From: the human T2T-CHM13v2.0 reference genome, Homo sapiens
Strand: one strand, 5' to 3'
DNA length: 64,000 nucleotides
NCBI RefSeq assembly: GCF_009914755.1
Contig: NC_060945.1
Shown: piece after piece, positions 52,260 through 64,000 of the stretch
How positions within the stretch are numbered: the stretch's first letter is position 1
Layout of the letters: each line of letters starts with the position of its first letter
Translations under genes and position numbers: made by a program
The notes under the pieces: generated by a model
The model's database searches: none
The model's input: the letters and a program-made list of their open reading frames with translations, nothing else
Told to the model about the DNA's origin: nothing

Positions 52260-55100
52260 AATTCATTATTTGGGAGTTAACAAACTCAGGAGCCAGAACA
52301 CTGTTAACAGGGACTCTGCTAAGTGCTGAGAATACAAACATATATCAGGCAAGAACAAAGGCTTCAATAATTCGTAATTATGATTTATACTTCCTGCTTT
52401 GTACATTTGTGCCTTTATGTACACAGTTTTCTCCACCTGAAATGACCTTCCATCTTGACTTCATCTGGCTACTTCATCATTGTCATAGAAAACCCCCCTT
52501 ATTTGTCTCTGCACCCTGAATGAGTCACCTTATCCTCTATCTCTTGTCCATATTTTATGTTTCCATAACACCCCTGTGGTCTTTCCTCTCACAGCGCTTA
52601 CCTGTAATGTAGACTCACCTGTCTACTAACTTACTAAACTATAAGCTCTTTCATGGTAGGGATTATGTCTTGTTTCTCTTTTTATAATAGATGCTCAGTT
52701 TACACCATGTGTGTAAATGAATGAATGAATAAATCTTATTGGGATAGATCTAAAATAAATGGTAAAAAAACAAAGTCTATGTCTTATAATTAAGTAAGGG
52801 AAGAGTTCTGTGGGCAATGAGTGAAGAGATCATCTGGGTCTGCCTGACATGACTAAGTAGGTTCTGTGGGAGGCAGGCAAAGAAACACTTCTCAGATAAT
52901 GCAGTGCTCCAGTGAAGACTTCACAGTTGACTCAGCTATAGCTCATCAGGCAGAATAGATTTTCTCATAGATGTTGTGAGTTATCCACAGATAAGAAGGA
53001 CTGAGAATGCATGCCATGGTCAGCAAATTTTTAGTAGAAAAAACAGGATAAAATGACTGTTGGTATATGAAGGAGAAGCAGAAAATGACACCAGACTCTG
53101 ATATGGTTTGGCTCTGTGTCCCCACCCAATTCTCATCTCAAGTTGTAATCCCCGCGAGTCCAGGAAGGAACTTGGTGGGAAGTAGGTAGATATGGGGGCG
53201 GTATCCCCCATGCTGTTTTCATGAGAGTGAGGGAGTTCTCATGAGATCTAATGGTTTAAAAGTGGCAGTTTCCCCTGTGCTCTCTCTTTCCTGCTGCCAT
53301 GTAAGATGTGCCTTGCTTTCCCTTCACCTTCTGCCATGATTATAAGTTTCCTGAGGCCTCGTCAGCCATGCAGAACTGTGAGTTATATGGTTTCTGTGTT
53401 ATATAGTTTCTATATAGTTATATAGAACGGTGAGGATATAGTTTCTTCTGAGACTAAGAAGCCAGCTCTTACCTTTACAGATTACCCAATCTTGGGCAGT
53501 TCTTTATAGCAGTGTGAAAACAGACTAATACAAACACTAACCCAGACTGGATCATGAAGGAGTCTTATGCCCTGCTTATAAGGTCAGATTTTGTGCATTA
53601 ATTGATGGAGCCAAAGAGCAAGGACAGACCTCCCGCTGACAGCAGGAAAACAGTCTTTCAGGTAGACTAGTAAGAAGCACCAAAAATGCAAGAGAACCAA
53701 AGTAAGAAAAGCATATAACAGAAGCCAAGGAATGAAGTGGCCGTTAGTGCCAAATGACACTAGGAGGGCAAACATGAGATATCAAAAAGACTGAGTAATT
53801 AGTGGGCCATTGGTGACCTAAATGAGAACAATCCTTGGGTTACAGTGAGAGGAAGAGACAAGTTAGAGTGTATTGAAGACTGAATGAGAAGCATCAGAGA
53901 AAACTATATCAAACCTTAGATTTAAAGAAGGTTAGAGAAAGCTAGCCAGGAGTGATCTGGTGTTGAGACAGGCTTTTTTAATATCAAAAGACTTGAGCAT
54001 GTTTATAGACTGACTGTAAGGCGTCAGTGGAAAAAAAAAGAAGCTAAAATATAGTAGACAGAGAGGAAAATTTATCAAGCAAGGCGTTGAAGGAGATGGC
54101 ATTTAAAGCAAAAGTGGAAGAATGATTTTTCTGAAGAGGAGAGAGGATATAGTTTCTTCTGAGACTAAGATAAAAGGCTAAAAGACAGGTGCAAATGTAG
54201 ATAAGTGTGTGGGAAGGGAGTTGATAGAGTTTTCCCGTGATAGATTCTCCTTTCTCCATGAAAAAGAGGCAATTGTTACAAGCAGAAGGAGGAGCAGAAG
54301 GCAGAAGTAAGCTTTGAACAAGGGGCTTTAGAGATAATAGTGAAGGGGTGGAGTAGCTGCACTGAAAGCAAGAAAGAAAGAGTCCTGAAAACAAGTGAAA
54401 GGATTCCCAAATAGCACCAAGGACTCAGTCAAAACAAGAATCCTGTAAATGCATGGTGGCAACATTCCATGAGGTTCTGGGATTTCCTCCAATAGCAGCG
54501 AGGAGCCTGAGTTTGGAGGAGAGAAGCCTTGGATTAATGCACAGATGAAGGTTTGCAGCGTAGGGGAATAGGAAGAGGAGATAATTTGCTGAAAGAAGTG
54601 TGATTGATGAGATAAATAGGATAGATCAAGGGCCATATAGTTTGTGGTTTAAACTGGATATGAGTGGTGCACTATTAAAAATAATGTCAGGACAGTAGAT
54701 ATAAACCAAAGGACACATAGGAAATTAAGTGAAGAACATGACAGATTAAAAGAGGTGTCGGATAAGGAACAATCAATCTATATTATTTCAATAAAATGGC
54801 ATGGCTATAATAGAGGTGTGAAGAACTGGGACAATTGAGATTTACTGACTTGGGTTTCATTTTTAGAAAAAGAGAACCGTCTGATATTAAGTGTGGCTCA
54901 GGGAATGACTTGCTAAAGTAGAACAGAGGTGATGAGATTGAGGAATTTTGAGGCCAGAGTGCTTAAATTGGTTGTCTACCTGATAATTTGATGAACTAAA
55001 TGTAAGAATAGAATTTGGAGCCCGGTGCGATAGTCTTTGAAGTATGTAAGTTAGAGACTGTGATGGTGGTATAGTAGATGGCAGTTACTGGAAACCGTGA
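52260..55100. mobile_element. Degenerate L2 pieces surrounding a THE1/MST LTR
   Basis: TGAATGAATGAATAAA end and purine-rich L2 body motifs; boundaries uncertain. Confidence 0.5.
53099..53532 (+). mobile_element. THE1D/MSTA solo LTR with internal insertion
   Basis: TGATATGGTTTGGCTCTGTGTCCCCACCC ... CAGACTAATACA. Confidence 0.92.
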
Positions 55101-55399
55101 TAAGGTGCTGGATCAAATAAAGTAAATATATAAGGTACCTAAAAGAAAAGCCTGATAGTGCCCAATGAGCAGGAAGTCGTCTTTGTTATCTGCCAGGAAA
55201 CCCAAGCCTGTATGCCAGCTTTATCCATCTGCTAAGCACAGAGAAAACAAAGGCAGCCAGCCAAAGAAGATTGTCCTAGCCCTTGCTGTTCCTTCTTCCC
55301 TGCTTTTTGACTCAGCATAGGGTACAGAAAGCAGCTAGTTTGTGGTTAAAGAGGTAAACATTAAAAGTAGAGAACAAAATGATCATGCTCCATTCCGCT

Positions 55400-55600
55400 C
55401 TCCTACCACAGGTTGCTAACTCTGTGTCATCTGGACCATTGTTTTTTACACTTGTGCTTTGGTTTTCTTATTTATAAAATGACAGTAATATTTGGATTTA
55501 CTTAATGAGGTTATGGAAAATATAAAATGAGTTTATAGACATCAAGCACTTAGATGAGAGATTTGCATGTAATAGTAAGTGCCATGTGGCAGGTACTACC
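55400..55600 (+). mobile_element. MIR followed by (ATC)n
   Basis: TTGTGCTTTGGTTTTCTTATTTATAAAATG core. Confidence 0.55.
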
Positions 55601-55964
55601 ATTTATCATCATCATCATCACCATCATTTGTCATCACACATTGAGTGTTGGGTCTGCAAGCCTTTCCCTCTCGCTAGCCTAGAGTTTGCATGTGCTACTC
55701 ACATAGGGAGTTGTGTTTGAATGGGTTGTGAATACCCAAAGTCAATCTAGAAAGGGCTAGAAGAGAAGGCAGCAGCAGGAGAATAGATTAGATGGGAAAA
55801 AGCAGAGAACAGACCAAGGAGCATTTGAGGCCCAGATGCCTGGAGGATCTGCTATTTAAGTGAACAGTAAGAAGTCACTGTGTAGACAGATTGCTACCCA
55901 CATCTCAAGTGTATTTGATCAAACTTTCACCAGACCAGCATCTACAGCTGCACATGAATGTGCA

Positions 55965-56345
55965 AGTGTAGTAAATTGTATCATTATTCCCAAGTATTCT
56001 TTCTTGTTTGCTCTGTAAAAAAAGTATACATTCAGAACTCCACTGAAGCTGGGTTTATTATGTGACCTGTTTGCTCAAGGAATACAAGGAGATGTAATTG
56101 ACATCACATCTGAACACACCCTTTCGGAGATACAACTAGTTTTGCCAGCAATCTTGCCTTTCTCTGTTGCCACAAAATGTCCTCAAGCAAGGCTGTTCCT
56201 TCTGCCTGGGTCCCAGGAAGGGAAAACAGGAAAAGAAGACACACAGCAGTTGACCCAAACATGTAACATGAGTGAAAAACAATGACTTGTTTTTGTAGTT
56301 AGCTGTGAGGCTGAAATTGTCACCTGAGCAAAGCTTACTATGCAG
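55965..56345 (+). mobile_element. Old MLT1 (I/J-like) LTR
   Basis: GCCTGGGTCCC and CATGTAACATGAGTGAAAAACAA motifs. Confidence 0.5.
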
Positions 56346-56739
56346 AAATTGTTACAAAAGGTAGAATGTTAATATATTTAAAAACAGATATCTGTAATTG
56401 CTTTTAGATTAATGTGGTGGGCAGGGGAGAAAGCTCTAAGTGGAAGGTGGAAAAATGTTGACCCATTTTACACAGTGCAAAATATTTGGTAGAATTTTGG
56501 TTTGTAATAATTTTGAAAGACGGAAATGAACTTCTGGCTTCAGATGAAGAGATCATGAAGCAGAATGCATTACTGTGCCTTTTTTTGTTATTTTTCCATT
56601 TAGTCAGCTTTTTGCAGTGTTATCAGAGGTTAATATGCTATAACTAACTTTCTATAAATAAATCATGAATTATTAGGTATTAAATTGTTAAAAACTTTAT
56701 GTAATTAACTTCATTTTTATGTCAACAAATGAAATTCCT

Positions 56740-56933
56740 TGGTTTTTGTTTTGTTTTGTTATTTTGTTGTTGTTTTGTTTTGTTTTGAGACAGAGTCTCA
56801 CTCTGTTGCCCAGGCTGGAGTGCAGGGGCATGCGATCTCAGCTCACTGCAATGTCTGCCTTCTGAGCTCAAGCAATTCTCTTGCCTCAGCCTCCCGAGTA
56901 ACTGAGATTACAGGCACGCACTACCATGCCCAG
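56740..56933 (-). mobile_element. Alu right arm only
   Basis: One monomer plus tail; TSD AAATTCCTTG. Confidence 0.9.
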
Positions 56934-57319
56934 TTATAAAATTCCTTGTTTTATCCACTATTATTTCTTGTGATGTTATCTCTGGAGGAAAAGGTGAATA
57001 AATAGAAGATATATTTTACATCTATAAAAAATTTTATTGAACTTTAAAATCCCAAGAAAAAAGATTGTAAGAAAAAGAAGTAAATAAGTACAAACCAACA
57101 TTCATTTTGCTCATTTCAGCTTATATATAGTTAAAAAACTGTTAGTATCAATAAGAAGAATCTCATTTTAATGCGTAATATCATGGTTCTTTTATTTTCT
57201 GGTACGTAATGTGTTGTCATTTAAATTCAAATAAAATTTAAGGCTGATGTGTGAGTTTAATAAATACAATTTATGATTAGTAAAATGTGGATATTTATTT
57301 TAGGAAAAAATAGAAAATA

Positions 57320-57399
57320 TTAGATTGGCACAAAAATTATTGCATTTTATGTCATTACTTTTAATAGCAAAAACCTCAAGAACTTTCGCACCAATCTAA
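57320..57399. mobile_element. MADE1 (mariner-derived 80-bp MITE)
   Basis: TTAGATTGGCACAAAA...TTTCGCACCAATCTAA, 80 bp, palindromic, TA on both sides. Confidence 0.9.
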
Positions 57400-58668
57400 T
57401 AAATGAAAAGGAAGTAAAACTTTTACATTTCCATTGCCCTACAATAATCAATACCAATATTTTCATGTATATTCTTCCTATATTTTTCCATTTCTATTTT
57501 AACATTTTGAAATTATTCTGCATACACATTTTTAGGCTGGGTTTTTTCTTTGGTATTAATATTTTCTAATGGCATCAACATTTTCTAAAAGATCATTTTG
57601 TTGACTGTATAAGATTCCCAAAATATTTTATGATTTAATGATTTTTGAATCAATCCCATATTGTGGAATATCATTATATTTCAAACAACAAGGAAATTGA
57701 CCCTTTGGGGACAGTACCTACCGTCATCACATTGAGCCATGTTTTTTGCTTCCTTTAAACAGACGAACATCTGTGACAATTTTCTAGTATTAATTAGCAG
57801 GCTGCTCCAAGATGGGCATTTTCTTCTCCCAGAAGATAGAAAACTTTGAGGGAGAAGACAATGAAACACCTGCAGATTATATATATTTTTTCTGTTAAAG
57901 AATTTTAACGATGCTTTTTAGAATACCACATGAAATAAGAGAGTTGAAATTGGATGTCAACAAGGGCACACCACATCTGTTGTAAGAGAAGGTAATGAGG
58001 AGAGCCTGACAAAGGCCCCTATTCAGAACATGAACTCACTTAACTTTCAGAGTCTCACTCAGCTGCACAGTGTGAAAATCTTTCTGCTGACAACCCTAAC
58101 CAATGAAGGATAAATGCTGTTCCTATGCTAGACACATTTGAAAAAGCCAGTCTTCATGCAGAGTTATTGAAGTAAAGAGAGAACAGGCTCAATATTGGTA
58201 AGAAATAATGTATCAATAAAGGACAAAAAAATACTTTTTTGACATTTACCCTCTTGCTCTAAGAATTACATCTTATTACCATTTAAGGAATCAATCATAT
58301 GAATTATGTCTCAATAAATGTTAAATATTACATTTGTTTTATGAAAATTGTGTGATTTTACATAGTATTATTCAACCTGCTTTTTGACTTAAAATAGAAT
58401 GTAATTTTCAAAATAATGATAATAGAATTCTATCTCATTATTTTTTAAAAAGTATATAGAAGAAAAACCGTAACTTACAGCCACATCAGAATAACTAGTC
58501 TTGGACTTGCCTTCCCACTACATTAAGCTAGACAAAATATGTGAAATAATTATTCTCAAAAATTGTACCTCAGATAGTTTAGGACAACAGTGCCCTAAAA
58601 AGGGAAACAAGCTATTTGAGTCCTAAAATCACCAAGCTTTCTACCCATAATTCTCTCAGGCCTACTCC

Positions 58669-59031
58669 CTTAGTTCATTTTGTGCTCCTCTAACAGAATA
58701 CCTGAAATTGGAGCATTTACAAAGAACAGAGATTCATTTTTCACAGTTCTGGAGGGCAGAAAGTCCAAGGTTGAGTGTCCCAGAGCTGGCAAGGAAGATC
58801 TTGCTGTACCATCCCATGGCAGAAGGCAGAAGGGCGAGAGGGCATGTGAGAGTGAAGAAGGGCACCAAACTCATCCTTTTATCTGGAGTCCACTCCCACA
58901 CTAACAGCATTCATTCACCAATGAGCCCCCATGACCTAACAAACTCTTAAAGGTCCCACCTCGCAATAATGTTGCATTGATGATTCAGTTTCTAATATAT
59001 GGACTTAAGGGGACACATTCAAATCACGGCA
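58669..59031 (-). mobile_element. MSTD/MLT1A-like LTR
   Basis: TCACAGTTCTGGAGG, AAGTCCAAGGT, GGGGACACATTCAAA motifs. Confidence 0.75.
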
Positions 59032-59049
59032 CCTACATTTCAGGGAGGG

Positions 59050-61875
59050 AAAACCCAGTGACAGCACAATGATCTTACTGTGTTGAGGACAAAGATGTCA
59101 AAGTCTAAAGAGTGTCTGTACATTTAAAGTAAGAACAGAAAAAAGGACTACACAAAGAAAGAAATCTAGTTATTTACAGAGTGGTCCTCACGAGCAAGCT
59201 TTGTTGAACACTAAGACACAAAGTGAATAGCGAAACTCCCTGAGAAGGAGAAAAGAACAGCTGAGCATGTGCAAGCCAAATAATCTCCAGAACTCATGGA
59301 GGACTGGGAGATACATTTGAGTTCTTCGAATCGGAGTGGAGAGACTTTATTGAAAAGCAGACCCCCAAAAAAGGGCACCTCACTAGTTAGGTCAACTGGC
59401 ATTGCAGTGAAGGTTACATTGGATGCACCAAGTTGTGAAACTATCAAAGAATACAAAAGTAACTACCAGCAAAACCGACATCCACACTAAAGAAAGACAA
59501 CAAAATCTACGTTCTAAACAACATGTCACTAACGTTGGCATGTATTAAATATTATTAGGCAAGCAAAGAAACAGAAAAGAGTTGTGAATGTTTGGAAACA
59601 AAATAAGTCAGTAAAACAAAACCAGAAATAACAGAGATGATAGAATGAGTATATTGAGACCTTAAAAGAAGTGTCATAAATATGCTGAAGGATGTAAAGG
59701 AATTCATGAAAATGAGAAGATAAGTGAAAGATAAAAAAATTTTAAATCTACATCTCAAAAATACATGTCATACTGACGTAAAAATTCAAAGGATGATATT
59801 AAAATCGTATTTAACACTGCAGAAGGAAAGATCAGTGAATTTGAAAATTGAGCAATAGAGATTACCAAAACTTACATACAGAGAGAAAAAATGAACTTAA
59901 CAAAAATAACGATCAGATCCTCAGTTATCTGTGGAACAATATTGACTAGTGGACTATGTATTTATACATTGTATAAACATGTACAGGACAGAGAAACAGG
60001 ACAATTTACATATGTACATATATGTTTATTTATGTATAGTTGAGAATGAGGAAGAGAGATTGATTGTACGAACTGTCTCTCATACAGCTGTGGAGGCTCG
60101 GAAGTCCCATCGCCTGCCATCTGTAAGCTGGACAGTCAGAAAAATCCAGTGGCAAGATTTAGTCCAAGTCTAAACGTTTGAGAACTGGGGTGAGAGGGCG
60201 CGGTGTAAGTCTATGTCTGAGTCCAAAACTCTGAGAACCAGGAGCACTCATGTCCAAGCACAGAAGATAGATGTCTCAGCTTAATCGGAGAGTGAATGTG
60301 CCTTTCTTTTGCTATTTTATTCTATTTAGTCCCTGAACAGACTGATTTATGTCCACCTGCGTTGAGACATAGATCCATTGAGAGGGATCTTCTTTACTCA
60401 GTCTACTGATTCAAATGCTAATCTCTTCTGGAAAACCTTCATCAACACACCCAAAATAACATTTTACCAGTAATCTGAGTATCCCTTAACCCAATCAACT
60501 TGACACACAAAATGAAACATTGTGTACATTTAGAAGAGGGGGGATCAGAAAAAGTACTTGAAAAATAAATGGCTGAAATATTTCCCAAAAAACACCTATA
60601 ATTCTGAAGAGCAAAGAAGCTGCACAGGAACCAAGTAACAAGAACACACACACACAACACACACACACACGGAGATTATCATAATCAATATACAGGTAAA
60701 ATGAAAACATTTTATAAAATGTCTAATTTCTTGAATAATCAACCTTAATCAAAAAGAATAATCATAATTTATGGGGTTTATGACATATAAAGGTAAAATT
60801 TATAACAACGATAGCAAAGGGTGATGGCAAGTAAGCATACTGCTACAAGGTTAATATATCAAGCATGAAATGGCACAGTGTGTTAATTAAGATGCATACC
60901 ATAGTTCTTAAAGCAGACATTACTGTAATAAATTTAGGCATATCTAATAAATAGTGGCAAAAACAAAATGCTAAAATATCAATTAATCCAAATAAAAACA
61001 GGAAAAAGAAGAAAAAGGAAAAAACAGATGAACCATAAACTGAGAAAATAATCTATACTTATTTGTTGGCTCATCTGTTCTTTCCCTTTTCCCCCTTATT
61101 TAAAGCTTGTATAACCAAATAATCAGAAGAAAACCAATTCAATAGAAAAGGGCAAAAGATTTAAACAAGTGTTTCACAAAAGATGATATGTGGATGGCAA
61201 ATGTGCATATGAAATGATGCACAACATTTTGAGTCTTCGAATTAAAGCCAAAATGAAATAACACTAAACACTTTATGAAATGACTGAAATGCAAAAGAAT
61301 GACAATACCAAGTGATGGTGAGAATGTGGAGGAATTAGAATGCTCATGCATTGATTAAGGAATGCAAATTGTACATCCTCTGAACAAAAGTTTAGCAAAT
61401 AAAGTCAAGCATGCTTTTACCATATGACCCACGCCCCCAAAAAGCATATGTCCATCATATTCATATTAACTTCAACCTTTAAAAAAAGTCAGAAACAGGT
61501 AAATGGATAAATAAATTATTTAATTCATTCAATGGGATGCTTCTCAATCATAATAACAAAAGGAGTACAGACACACACCAAAATAAGAATAAATCATAGA
61601 AGTACTCTGCATTATATCATCGTTATGTCCTTTTAGAAACGACCAAAGTAATGTATCGTGGTACAAATCATATCAGTGGCTACTTGGGGACTGGTTTAGG
61701 GTAAGGATTTACTTCTAAGATGTATCAGAGAAAGTTTGGGATTATGGAAAATTTTGATATCTTCATTGTGGTGGTGGTGACAGTTATACAGTTATATATT
61801 TGTCTATGTTCAGAAAAATCTGATCTTAGAGTGCATTTTATTTTATATAAACCATATTCCAATAAAGTTTATTTT
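59050..61875 (+). mobile_element. Old L1M fragments (ORF1-region and 3' end)
   Basis: AAAGATCAGTGAATTTGAA and AAAAGGGCAAAAGATTTAAACAAGTGTTTCACAAAAGA motifs; AATAAA at about 61861. Confidence 0.65.
59950..60522 (-). mobile_element. MLT2 (ERVL) LTR
   Basis: CTTTACTCAGTCTACTGATTCAAATGCTAATCTCTTCTGGAAA and CAATCAACTTGACACACAAAAT. Confidence 0.8.
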
Positions 61876-62069
61876 CAAATTTCTGGTATTTTCCTAAATG
61901 AATAAGCCATACATATACATTTATAGACATATATACAGTGTATAATGTGTCTATATAATGTGTTATGTATGTATATTATATATATATGTGTTCATATATA
62001 ATATTTATTCTTTTGTTAATGCTCCTCTGGAAGGTCTTCCTAAAATGTTTCTTTAAAATAGGTACAATT

Positions 62070-62246
62070 GCCAGGCATGGTGGCTTGTGCCTGTAATCAC
62101 AGCTACTCAGGAGTCAGAGGCAGGAGGATCTCCAGAGACTAAAAGTTAGATGTTGTGGTGAGTTATGATTGCATCACAGCATTCAGCCTGGGCAACAGCG
62201 TGAGAACCTGTTTCAAAATAAATAAATAACTAAATAATAAATAAAA
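62070..62246 (+). mobile_element. Free Alu monomer (FLAM/FAM/FRAM-like)
   Basis: Single diverged monomer with (TAAA)n tail. Confidence 0.8.
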
Positions 62247-62504
62247 TAGCTAAAATTATTGAAAATTGGCACCACATGTTTATAAAATTCTATATCCTAA
62301 AAATACAATAAAACACTCATTTTCCTCTATCTGTGCTTTTATATATTATCAGTTATTTTAATTGTTAACCAGTCAGTAGAAAAAATTTTGTACTGTGATT
62401 CAATATCAGTATATTTCATTACTAGATAGAGTAAAAACCTTTGTATGTAATTGTTGGTTGTTCACATCTTTTCCTTTTGTAAATTGCATATATTATAGAG
62501 ATTA

Positions 62505-62700
62505 TCTTTTTTTAACTTTTATGCTCGGGGGTACAAATGCAGGTTTGCTGCATAGGTAGATTTGTGTCATGAGGATTTGTAGTACAGTTATTTTATCACC
62601 CAGATATTAAGCCTAGTACCCATTAGTTATTCTTCCTGGTCCTCTTTCTTCTCCCACCTTCTACCCTCCAAAAGGTCCCAGTGTGTGTTGTTCCCTTTTT
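62505..62700 (-). mobile_element. L1PA 3' terminal fragment
   Basis: GGGGTACAAATGCAGGTTTG...AAGCCTAGTACCCATTAGTTATT. Confidence 0.8.
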
Positions 62701-63139
62701 TAAAATAGCTGATACATAATAATTAACTTTTTACAATCCAGGATTTTATTTTAGTCTTGTGTAACTGACTTTTGCAATGGAGGAAAGAGTTAATATTTTT
62801 ATAAAATAAAGTCAATCAATAACTTAGAGTGATTGGATTTTACATTTTCAGTAGGCAGGTCACTCCTAGAATTTTAGCAATGTTAATATTTATTTTCTTA
62901 TGTTTAGATATTTATTACCCCTGAAAATCATGGTTGTTACTGGAAGAAAAAAATATTTTTTCACACACACACACAAAAATACATAAACACAAACACTTTC
63001 TCAAAATGCTGGACAGTTCTTACATTATGTACCAAAATGTCCATCTTTTTTCCCCCTGGAATTTCTGTATTAATTAATTTTCTGTCCTATGATAGTGCCG
63101 TAGTTTTAAATCTCTCATCTCATTTCACTGTTTCAGTTT

Positions 63140-63450
63140 TTAATTCATTCCTAATATGTATATAGTAAAGTGCACTAATCCTACATATACAACTTAATGG
63201 ATTTTTATATATGTATACACTCATATAACCATTAGCTAGATCAAAATACAAAACATTTCCTCCACCCAGAAGATTCCACTGTGCCCTTTCTTATCCAATA
63301 CTCTCCTGCCCAGAGGTACCACTATTCTCACTTTTATTACTGATTAGTTTGTTCTTTTTTTGAACTTCCCATAACTAAATAAATAACAACATATGATGAG
63401 TATATTTTGTACCGATATGCATGTTGTTTCATTTTTGATACATAATTTTT
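63140..63450 (-). mobile_element. L1ME-type 3' fragment
   Basis: AACATTTCCTCCACCCAGAAGATTCC, ACCACTATTCTCACTTT. Confidence 0.6.
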
Positions 63451-64000
63451 TATTGATTTTTAAATCTGGTGTTCCAAACTGCCATAATGAAAGCATTGAT
63501 ACCCATTTGCACAATAAGTTAATAATTATGAAATACTATACAAAATATAGCAACCTCCGTCATTCTAGAGCACTAACTTGTATTGAGAATCAGAACTGTG
63601 TACAGGACTAAACACAAATTTTCAATCCTGCACAATCTCACCAAGAATCTTTCAGCTTTACCTTTCTAAAAGTTGATTTAATTTGGCATGACTGCAATAG
63701 AAATTAAAATGTTTAACCTTTAAATTTGTTAATCCATTAAATGGGATAATTTATGCAAATAATGAGCAGAGCCCCAACCTATATCTTAGTAAAAATGGAA
63801 TCACTTCCCTCTTATTTTCATTTTTCACCAGAGGAATGATCACCAACTTCTCTGCCCAGTCACTGGTTGGGCAAGTTGGGTTGGAACTGCTAATGGATTG
63901 ACTTTTTCACTCCAGGGAGGAAGGAATAGACAGCAATACAGTATTTTCACTTCCGTTTGCTTTCAGAAAGCCTGCACTTGGGGGCTGGGAGATACTTCAC

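Overview
AT-rich primate genomic DNA, most likely human. It matches the high-glycine/tyrosine keratin-associated protein (KRTAP) cluster on chr21q22.1. Two single-exon minus-strand genes are recognisable: KRTAP19-6 (15538-15792) and KRTAP19-7 (35048-35239). KRTAP19-6 here carries a 1-bp deletion just before its normal stop, giving 84 aa instead of 58 aa. Seven further KRTAP remnants, all on the minus strand, can be read at about 0.15, 0.55, 2.4, 4.5, 7.4, 11.3 and 48.8 kb, in graded states of decay. The rest is mostly interspersed repeat: about 16 Alus, two large L1s, MaLR/ERV LTRs, Tigger2, MADE1, L2/MIR, and a 1.4-kb TA-rich 30-bp minisatellite. I see no new protein-coding system and no prokaryotic-type feature. 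The most unusual signals are local templated-insertion and fold-back scars. One is a 77-bp piece of KRTAP19 5'UTR plus start codons inside an L1, with junction microhomology and a snap-back hairpin. Another is a patchwork insertion in a THE1/MST LTR containing an exact 28-bp copy of DNA 0.7 kb away. Repeat subfamily names and boundaries are by eye and approximate.
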